Positions 56,157 through 63,090 of a stretch of 63,090 nucleotides of DNA are shown here, one piece after another (position 1 is the stretch's first letter; the number at the start of each line of letters is the position of its first letter). A model generated the notes under the pieces. The model was not told the DNA's origin. It saw nothing but the letters and a program-made list of their open reading frames with translations, and did not search any database. Source of the stretch: Acidobacterium sp. (GTDB taxonomy: Bacteria > Acidobacteriota > Terriglobia > Terriglobales > Acidobacteriaceae); contig PMAD01000209.1 in NCBI GenBank assembly GCA_003152415.1, positions 34,179-97,268 of the forward strand, in the 5' to 3' direction. Position numbers and translations under genes: made by a program.

Positions 56157-58817
56157 CTACTGCGGCTGCCCAGTCCCGCTTTGCGGCGGAGTCGACGGCT
56201 GCGACGACTGTTGGGGTGTGGACGGCTGTGGAGCCGGTTTGGTCTCATCCGCCGGAGCACTCCCCCTCGGAGCCGCCGGTTTCCCCGCATCGTCCGTCTG
56301 CCCCGCGGCGCCGGGCGGCGGCGGTGCTTCTCCTTCCTGATACGCGGCCCGCGTTGCACGATGCGCCGCCTGGCCCGGTGGCGGCGGCAGATTCTCCGCG
56401 GCCAGCGTTACCCGGTTCACCACCGAGGGATCGTCGCGCAGCTTCACGTAGAGCTGCCCACCCTCCGGATGCGGCACGGGCAGCACGTAGCCCGGAAACC
56501 CGTCCGGCACTTCCACCGGATGATCGAACGCCGGATCGCTCGCCACCGAATCCACCAAAAACAGATTCGATCCGCTCAGCCTGCATTGCTCGTCTGCGCC
56601 CGCCGGACACTTCAGATCGTGCAGCTCCGGCAAACGCACCAGCGTCGCCAGTGGCTGCCAGTCTCCCGCCGTGCCGTTCTCCACAATGCGGAACTTCAGC
56701 GGCCCAAACGCCGACCCGCCAAACGCCTTCGCCGGATCCAGCGTCGCCAGCGCTACCTGCGCGTTCTCCAGCGTCATGCTGCCGTTGTCCAGGCTCAGCG
56801 TCGTCGAAAACGCCTCGTCTGCGGTCGCCACTTCAATCTGCTCCGCGCGCCGGAACGTCGCCGGCGATTGTGCCCGCACGCTGAACGTCAACTTCGCATC
56901 CTGCGGCAGCTCGTCCTGGTTCGCCAGCTGAATATTGCTCCCCGTGCTCGACGCCGATGCCTGCACGCTCTTCCCAATCAGCGCAACTCCCGGACGCGGC
57001 GCGCCCACCGCCACTTCCACGGCCATGATGCGGCCATCCGTCAGCGTCACCTGCGCCTTGCCGGATTCGCCCTGCTTCAGCTTCTCCGCTCCCTTCGCGT
57101 CTTTCGCCAACATCGGCAGCTCGTCGCTGCCCATGGTTGCGTCGATTTTCCCCGGCGCGAACGTCACCCCATCCAGCGTCAGGTTCGCCACATCCTCGAG
57201 CGTGCTCCCTTTCAGCACCCCCTGCACATCGCCTGCATGCAGCGAAAAACTGTCCAGATGCCCAGCTGCCGAGTACGCGCGCAGCGGAATGGTCTGCGCC
57301 GTCACCGTCCCGTATTGCTTCACTTCCAGTTGCAGCGGACCCGGATTCGCCTCTTTCAGCGGTAGCTGCACCTCGACCTCGTCGACGCCCGTCGCCTTCC
57401 AGTCCGCCTTCAGCTCTTTGCCCGCTGAATCCTTCACCAGAATCGTATCCACGCAGCTCGCATCGTCGGTCGAGAGATGAATCGTGTCCTCCCGCCCCAC
57501 AATCAGCGCCTCGCGATCCGCCGCCGCCAGCTCCCAGTGCTGCGCATGGGTGTTTTCGAGACGAAACTGCGGCCCATCGTACTTCTCGAATCCCCAGTAC
57601 CCGTGCAGCGATGCGTCGATCGTGTTCCCGAAATCGCCCGCGCTCAGGTCCTTCGCTTCCAGCTCCAGCCCGCCTTTCTCCGCGTCCGGCTTCACCACCT
57701 CATCGATGCTCTTGCCATCCTTCTTCTTCAGCCGCAGCGTCATCTCATGCGTGTAGCCGGTCGAAAACACCAGCGGCGCCCCATCCACGGCCAGCACCAG
57801 CGAATTTTTTTCCGCGCAGTAGTTCTGCTTCGAGTCCACTGGATGCAGCGGCGGAGGCTGCGCCGCCTCGACCGCCGGCAGCGCTGTCACCAGCACCGAT
57901 TTCGGATTGTGAAACGACGGCGGCGTATTCAGAACCAGCGCGATCTGCTCCCCCTGCTGCGTCGCCAGCGCCGGAATGTACTGGTACTGCGCTGTGTGGA
58001 ACGTGTCGAGGATGCGCGCGATGTCCATCACCGACCCGATATACGGGCTGTAGAACCCGTAGTTCGCCTGCGGCGTGTAACTAAGCTGCATCGCCAGATC
58101 GCCCGCCGGCCCCGCCGTCAGCGCTTCCACAATCGACTCGCTGTGCCCATCGTTCAGGATCAGCGCCTCCTGTCCCTGCGTCAGGCACGCCGCCTGCAGC
58201 TCCGGCATCCGTTCCACGCACTTCTCGTCGATCTTCATCCCCAGGCTGCGCGCCAGCAGCGGCGCCGCGTCCTTCAGCTTCGCCGGGTCCGTCGCGCTGA
58301 TCTCCCGCACCGCCGCCAGATACGTATCCAGCCGCGAGCGGTCCAGCATCGCCTGGTTCAGATCCTGCGACGCGCGCACAAACGATCCCGGCTTGCCCCG
58401 CACCGCGCTTACCAGCGTGTGAAAATCTCCGCCTGTCTCCGGCGCAAGAAAAATCAGCACCTGCTGCGCGCCCTCCGGCACCGTCACCGTCAGCCCTTCG
58501 CTACCCGTCTTCTTGTTCCAGGTTTCCTGCTTAAAGAACCAGTTCTCCGGCGGTGGATTCGTCGACCCGCGCAGAAACGCCGCCACCATCAGGTAATGCG
58601 CCGACTGGCCCGTCGGCAAATCCGCCTTGATCCAAACCCGATCGCCCGCCGCAAGGTTCGGCACTTCGGAAACGGGCAGCGTCTTGCCCGCTCGCGTTAC
58701 CTTCACCTCGAGCTTCGGTCCCGCTAAATCGAAGGGAGCCGCATCGGCCCACGCCGAAGCCACCGCCATCACGCACACCGCCACTGCCAAAAGGGGAGAG
58801 AAACGTCGGATTGCCAT
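56157..58817 (-). CDS. Large secreted hypothetical protein (886 aa) with Pro/Gln-rich C-terminal tail
   Basis: Signal peptide MAIRRFSPLLAVAVCVMAVASAWA. No family recognised. Tail ...PPPPGAAGQTDDAGKPAAP...PQPSTPQQSSQPSTPPQSGTGQPQ. Confidence 0.65.
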   Translation of the reverse strand: MAIRRFSPLLAVAVCVMAVASAWADAAPFDLAGPKLEVKVTRAGKTLPVSEVPNLAAGDRVWIKADLPTGQSAHYLMVAAFLRGSTNPPPENWFFKQETWNKKTGSEGLTVTVPEGAQQVLIFLAPETGGDFHTLVSAVRGKPGSFVRASQDLNQAMLDRSRLDTYLAAVREISATDPAKLKDAAPLLARSLGMKIDEKCVERMPELQAACLTQGQEALILNDGHSESIVEALTAGPAGDLAMQLSYTPQANYGFYSPYIGSVMDIARILDTFHTAQYQYIPALATQQGEQIALVLNTPPSFHNPKSVLVTALPAVEAAQPPPLHPVDSKQNYCAEKNSLVLAVDGAPLVFSTGYTHEMTLRLKKKDGKSIDEVVKPDAEKGGLELEAKDLSAGDFGNTIDASLHGYWGFEKYDGPQFRLENTHAQHWELAAADREALIVGREDTIHLSTDDASCVDTILVKDSAGKELKADWKATGVDEVEVQLPLKEANPGPLQLEVKQYGTVTAQTIPLRAYSAAGHLDSFSLHAGDVQGVLKGSTLEDVANLTLDGVTFAPGKIDATMGSDELPMLAKDAKGAEKLKQGESGKAQVTLTDGRIMAVEVAVGAPRPGVALIGKSVQASASSTGSNIQLANQDELPQDAKLTFSVRAQSPATFRRAEQIEVATADEAFSTTLSLDNGSMTLENAQVALATLDPAKAFGGSAFGPLKFRIVENGTAGDWQPLATLVRLPELHDLKCPAGADEQCRLSGSNLFLVDSVASDPAFDHPVEVPDGFPGYVLPVPHPEGGQLYVKLRDDPSVVNRVTLAAENLPPPPGQAAHRATRAAYQEGEAPPPPGAAGQTDDAGKPAAPRGSAPADETKPAPQPSTPQQSSQPSTPPQSGTGQPQ

Positions 58818-59035
58818 ATTAGTTACTATTCTAGGCTGCAATCGAGCGGAAAAAAGACCCGAAAATCCCTGCTGTCGATTTGCGGATGCGATCCCGATGA
58901 AAAGGTTGTTTGCGCCCCAGCATCCACCGGGTTACCGCAGACACCTCCACCTGCTTTTCGCTGGCAGCTTTTTCTGGCTTCTCACTCGCCTTTCGCTCGC
59001 CTTTTGCGGAACTGCTTCTCGCTAACAGCTTCTTG

Positions 59036-59845
59036 CTAATCGTCTTTCGCTAAACGCCTTTCGCTCGCCTTCCCCTCGCCTTCGCTGTCATCCTTCAGGC
59101 CCACCCCACTCAGCTTCAATCGCCGCGCCTCGCCCAGCAAATACGCGAGCCGCAGCGCAGCCGCAGCGTATCGCAACCCCTCCGGCCGCACGTTGGAGAT
59201 GCAGTTCCGCTCCGCATCCGTTCGCCCCACACGCGGCGCCCACGTCAGATACACCCCGAGGCTATCCGGCGAGCTCAGCCCCGGCCGCTCTCCGATCAGC
59301 ACCACAACCGCTTCTGCCCCAAGCAATTCGCCAATCTCGTCGCCCAGCGCCACGCGGCCGCGATTTGCCACGACGACTGTGACTTTATCCCGGTTCGATC
59401 CCAGCGCGGTTAGGAACTCCCGCAGCAGCGGCACCGCATGCCGCTTAGGAGCGACCGCCGACAGCCCATCCGCAATCACCACCGCCAGCTCGCAACCGTC
59501 TCCACGCGACTCCTTCAGCTTTTCCCGGCTCTCGGCATCTAATGCGCGCCCCAAATCCGGCCGCAGCAAATACTCCATCCGATCCCGCGCCTGACTCGAT
59601 ACCACGAGCACCTCGCCGAACCCAGTGACTCGCAGCTCGTAAGCTAGCGCCGCCGCGTCGAACCTTGCACGCACAGCGTCCCGCGCCCGCGCATGCGCCA
59701 GCTCAAAGTCGAGCAGCCCCCGCGTCGGCAAGCTCCCTCCCACGCGCCCCAGTCCGATCCGCGCCGGCGTGAACTCCCGCAGGCGCGCCCACACATCGTC
59801 CCCAGCTTGAACTGCCTTGTCCCCGTGCGACGTTATCCCAGCCAC
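59036..59845 (-). CDS. eutC: Ethanolamine ammonia-lyase small subunit
   Basis: GTG at 59845 overlaps eutB by 13 nt. ...[23 protein letters not shown]...ISNVRPEGL... is the typical EutC pattern. Confidence 0.85.
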   Translation of the reverse strand: MAGITSHGDKAVQAGDDVWARLREFTPARIGLGRVGGSLPTRGLLDFELAHARARDAVRARFDAAALAYELRVTGFGEVLVVSSQARDRMEYLLRPDLGRALDAESREKLKESRGDGCELAVVIADGLSAVAPKRHAVPLLREFLTALGSNRDKVTVVVANRGRVALGDEIGELLGAEAVVVLIGERPGLSSPDSLGVYLTWAPRVGRTDAERNCISNVRPEGLRYAAAALRLAYLLGEARRLKLSGVGLKDDSEGEGKASERRLAKDD

Positions 59846-61221
59846 TCGCTCGCCCCCGGCAGCAGCTTGCGTTCCGCACCCGTCCCCAACAAGTCCCCGC
59901 GCGAATCCGCGATTCCCACCCGCTCCAGCCAAGCCTCAAACTCCGGCGCGCGCCTGAGCCCCAGCGCGCTCCGCGCGTACAGCGCATCGTGAAACGACGT
60001 GCTTTGATAATTCAGCATCACATCGTCCGCGCCCGGAACCCCCATCACGAAATTCACCCCCGCCACCGCCAGCAGCGTCAGCAGCGTATCCATATCGTCC
60101 TGGTCCGCCTCCGCGTGATTCGTGTAGCACACGTCGCACCCCATCGGCAGCCCCAGCAGCTTTCCGCAAAAATGATCCTCGAGGCCCGCGCGAATAATCT
60201 GCTTCCCGTCCAGCAGATACTCCGGCCCAATGAACCCCACCACCGAATTCACCAGCAGCGGCTTCAAATGCCGCGCCACCGCGTACGCCCGCGCCTCGCA
60301 TGTCTGCTGATCCACGCCCTCATGCGCACCCGCTGACAGCGCGCTGCCCTGGCCCGTCTCGAAATACATCACGTTGTCGCCGACGGTCCCGCGTTTCAGC
60401 TCGAGCGCCGCCGCCCGCGCCTCCTCGAGCAGCTTGCGCGAAACCCCGAAGCTCCGATTCGTCTTCTCCGTCCCGCCAATCGACTGGAACACCAGGTCCA
60501 CCGGCGCTCCCCGCTCCATCGCGCGCAGCGTATTTGTAACATGCGCGAGCACACATGTTTGCGTGGGCACGTCATAGCGCTCGCGAAACGCGTTCATCAT
60601 CTCCAGCAGCCGCGTCACAGCCTGCAAACTGTCCGACGCGGGATTCACCCCGATCACCGCATCCCCACACCCATAGAGCAATCCCTCCAGCATCGACGCC
60701 GCAATCCCGCGCACATCGTCCGTCGGATGATTCGGCTGCAGCCGCACCGACAACCGTCCCGGCAATCCCAGCGTGTTGCGGAAGCGCGTCACCACCCGGC
60801 ATTTCTGCGCGGCCAGAATCAGATCCTGATTCCGCATCAGCTTCGACACCGCCGCCGCCATCTCCGGCGTAATCCCCGGCGCGATTCGCGTCATCGTTTC
60901 GATATCCGTCGCCGGGTCGAGCAGCCACTCGCGAAACTCACCCACCGTCAGCCCGCGAATCGCGGCGAATGCCTGCGCATCGTGCGTATCCACAATCAGC
61001 CGCGTCACCTCGTCCTGCTCATACGGAATCAGCAGCTCTTCCAGAAATCGCACCAGCGGAACCTCCGCCAGCGCCATCTTCGCCAGCGCCCGCTCCTCTT
61101 CGTTCTCCGCGGCAATCCCGGCCAGCGCATCGCCCGACCTCGCCGGCGTCGCCTTCGCCAGCAGAATCTTCAAATCCCCGAAGCTGCGCGTGCACCCGCC
61201 GATCGTAACTGAATACGCCAT
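59833..61221 (-). CDS. eutB: Ethanolamine ammonia-lyase large subunit
   Basis: 462 aa. [31 protein letters not shown]...GVNPASDS...[10 protein letters not shown], typical EutB. Confidence 0.95.
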   Translation of the reverse strand: MAYSVTIGGCTRSFGDLKILLAKATPARSGDALAGIAAENEEERALAKMALAEVPLVRFLEELLIPYEQDEVTRLIVDTHDAQAFAAIRGLTVGEFREWLLDPATDIETMTRIAPGITPEMAAAVSKLMRNQDLILAAQKCRVVTRFRNTLGLPGRLSVRLQPNHPTDDVRGIAASMLEGLLYGCGDAVIGVNPASDSLQAVTRLLEMMNAFRERYDVPTQTCVLAHVTNTLRAMERGAPVDLVFQSIGGTEKTNRSFGVSRKLLEEARAAALELKRGTVGDNVMYFETGQGSALSAGAHEGVDQQTCEARAYAVARHLKPLLVNSVVGFIGPEYLLDGKQIIRAGLEDHFCGKLLGLPMGCDVCYTNHAEADQDDMDTLLTLLAVAGVNFVMGVPGADDVMLNYQSTSFHDALYARSALGLRRAPEFEAWLERVGIADSRGDLLGTGAERKLLPGASEWLG

Positions 61222-61414
61222 TGCTGCTTAACCGAGACAATACCATCGGTCTTTAGTCCTGCTCGCGAATTTAGGAGCCTTCTCCGATTACCCGGCAAGT
61301 TCCGCCGCGACGGCGTGGGCACCAGGCGTGGGCCTGAACCGTATTAGCCCTCAGCTTCGGGGCCTGGCGAGTCCCCTTGCCGCCACCGCGCGCACGGCTG
61401 CACACTGTTACCCG

Positions 61415-62419
61415 ATGCGCATCCAAATTCTCCCGCTCGCCATTCTCCTCACCATCGCCCTCCACGCGCAGGACGTCCACGTCCGCGTCTCTCCCGATAT
61501 GAAGACCGGCATCGAGGGCATCACCGAATTCCCCACCATCCAGATGGCCCTCGACCACCACCCCTGGCCCGGCCTCGGCGGTCGCGTCTTCGTCGAAATC
61601 GCGCCCGGCACGTACCATGAGCGCCTCAACATCACGCAGAACCACCCCAACATCACCCTCCTCGGCATGGGCCACGCGCCCCAGGACGTCGTCATCACCA
61701 ACAGCCTGAATGCAAAACAAGCCGGCGGCACCTTCTTCACCGAAACCGTTCAGGTCAACGGCGCCGGCTTCGAGGCCGACAACCTAACCTTCGAAAACAC
61801 CGCCGGCAACACCGGCCAGGCCGTCGCCATTGCCGTCCGCGCCGATCGCGCCGTCTTCAAACACTGCCGATTCCTCGGCCATCAGGACACGCTCTTCGCC
61901 GACTACGGCCGCCAATACTACCTCGACTCGTACATCGAGGGCGGCGTCGACTTCATCTTCGGCAACGCCGCCGCTGTCTTCGACCACTCCGAGATCCACG
62001 CCAACGGCCCTGGCTACCTCACCGCGCAATCCCGCACTTCCGCCGATCAAAAAACCGGTTACGTCGTCTTCTCGAGCAAAATCACTTCCAGCCTCGACCC
62101 CAACCCCCCTCCCGAAGCGCATTCCACAGGCATCTTCCTCGGCCGCCCGTGGCGTCCGTACGCTCGCGTCGTCTACATCGATACAGAACTCCCCGCGGAC
62201 ATCGGCCCCGAAGGCTGGAACAACTGGGGCAAGACCTCCAACGAACAAACCGCCTTCTTCGCGGAATACCACAGCACCGGCCCCGGCGCGCAACCATCCG
62301 CCCGCGTCCCCTGGTCCCACCAGCTCACCGCCGCCGTAGCCCGCAGGTTCTATCCCCGCGTCTTCCTCGCCGGCTCCGACCACTGGAACCCCATCGCCGC
62401 CGCCGCCCAGCTCCCCTGA
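61415..62419 (+). CDS. Pectin methylesterase (CE8)
   Basis: Signal peptide. GHQDTLFAD, VDFIFGNAA, LGRPW signatures. Confidence 0.85.
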   Translation: MRIQILPLAILLTIALHAQDVHVRVSPDMKTGIEGITEFPTIQMALDHHPWPGLGGRVFVEIAPGTYHERLNITQNHPNITLLGMGHAPQDVVITNSLNAKQAGGTFFTETVQVNGAGFEADNLTFENTAGNTGQAVAIAVRADRAVFKHCRFLGHQDTLFADYGRQYYLDSYIEGGVDFIFGNAAAVFDHSEIHANGPGYLTAQSRTSADQKTGYVVFSSKITSSLDPNPPPEAHSTGIFLGRPWRPYARVVYIDTELPADIGPEGWNNWGKTSNEQTAFFAEYHSTGPGAQPSARVPWSHQLTAAVARRFYPRVFLAGSDHWNPIAAAAQLP

Positions 62420-62480
62420 CCGCCCCGCACCGCCACCCAGGCTCTTGCCCATACCAACGTACTCTGGTACTTTGGTACCA

Positions 62481-62801
62481 ATGCAGCTCAAACCCGGACA
62501 CTCCCAATCCGAGCCCGCCGAGATCGAACGCGTCCAGACCGGCGTCCGCATCGAAAAACGCATCCTCAAAGTCCTCAAAGCCGTCGCCGAGCTAAAAGAC
62601 CTCACCCTTGGCGACCTCCTCGAGGGCATCGTCCTCCACGCCTTCGAAGGCAAAGCCCCCTTCTCCGCGCAAACCCTCAAAGAGATCGAGCAGTTCAAAA
62701 AACTCTACGGACTCACCCTGTGCGCCACTGACAGCCACCATCTTCACGAACGCAGCGAACACCCGCATACAAAAGCCCGCAGCCAAAGGCCACGCAAATG
62801 A
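62481..62801 (+). CDS. Hypothetical small protein (106 aa)
   Basis: ORF with a basic C-terminal tail. Start uncertain (TTG at 62445 or ATG at 62481). Confidence 0.4.
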   Translation: MQLKPGHSQSEPAEIERVQTGVRIEKRILKVLKAVAELKDLTLGDLLEGIVLHAFEGKAPFSAQTLKEIEQFKKLYGLTLCATDSHHLHERSEHPHTKARSQRPRK

Positions 62802-63090
62802 ATCCAGCCCTGCTCACCCTCGCTCTCGCGCTCCCGCTCCTCACCACCCCACAAACGGCGGACCCCATGCAGACCCCACGCCAGCTCGCGCACATCAGCA
62901 CCACTTTCAGCTTCCAGCTCGCCGCCCCGCTCGCCCGCGTCGCCCCGCTCTTCGGCCCCGAAGGCGAACGCTGCTGGGCCGGCAAGGACTGGGACCCGCA
63001 CTTCCTCTACCCACAGCCCGCGCGCGACAGCGAAGGCGCCGTTTTCACCGTCCAGCACGGCCCTCGCACCAGCATCTGGGTCAACACCGT
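62798..63090 (+). CDS. Hypothetical secreted protein, N-terminal part (runs off window)
   Basis: ATGA overlap with the previous ORF. MNPALLTLALALPLLTTPQTADP... is signal-like. The frame stays open to the window end. Confidence 0.4.
   Translation, partial: MNPALLTLALALPLLTTPQTADPMQTPRQLAHISTTFSFQLAAPLARVAPLFGPEGERCWAGKDWDPHFLYPQPARDSEGAVFTVQHGPRTSIWVNT

Noticed and set aside
55967-58727. Several 300-430-aa plus-strand ORFs (55967..56884, 56067..57365, 57137..58084, 57477..58727).
   Set aside because: All are antisense to the 886-aa secreted-protein gene. They are Arg/Pro-rich and mutually overlapping in different frames.
1-63090. Search by eye for transposases, integrases, phage genes, toxin-antitoxin pairs, defence-system hallmarks (Cas, restriction-modification, Abi, retron RT), rRNA and tRNA.
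   Set aside because: Nothing was recognised. The PIN domain protein at 46349-47380 is the housekeeping YacL-type PIN-TRAM membrane protein, not a VapC toxin with an antitoxin partner.

Overview
High-GC (about 60%+) bacterial chromosome segment. It is probably Acidobacteriota, judged from a CarboxypepD_reg-type giant TonB-dependent receptor, a relic of an ADOP-type permease, a VWFA-related Acidobacterial-type protein and a BlaI/BlaR pair. I call about 55 protein-coding genes. I found no rRNA, tRNA, CRISPR array, transposase or integrase. Gene content, left to right:
- BlaI/BlaR.
- One LytS-like kinase flanked by two paralogous LytTR regulators.
- A seven-gene corrinoid methyl-transfer operon (4870-11029). 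It looks like methionine synthase MetH split into separate genes, with a URO-D-fold methyltransferase in place of the methyl-THF module and two different reactivation devices. I rate this the most interesting system in the window.
- A 1291-aa secreted beta-helix/Ig protein ending in three exact 267-bp tandem units.
- A roughly 20-kb pectin / rhamnogalacturonan / L-rhamnose utilisation locus: TonB receptor, 2x GH28, GH106-like, GH105, rhaM-rhaI-rhaEW-rhaB-rhaT, GH3.
- gltX translationally coupled to a Cys-phosphatase.
- rsmD, rsmI, and an M50 site-2-protease homologue whose HExxH is RExxR.
- A CysM / JAMM / CysO-like / MoeZ sulfur-carrier cluster, in which the ubiquitin-like protein carries 13 residues after its Gly-Gly.
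- PIN-TRAM protein, desaturase, esterase.
- An uncharacterised envelope operon: small membrane protein, kinase-like/methyltransferase fusion, membrane sulfatase-like protein.
- A VWA protein plus an 886-aa secreted protein, eutBC, and a pectinesterase.
All functional calls come from motif and family recognition by eye. No database search was run. The many long ORFs antisense to real genes are treated as GC-driven shadow ORFs.
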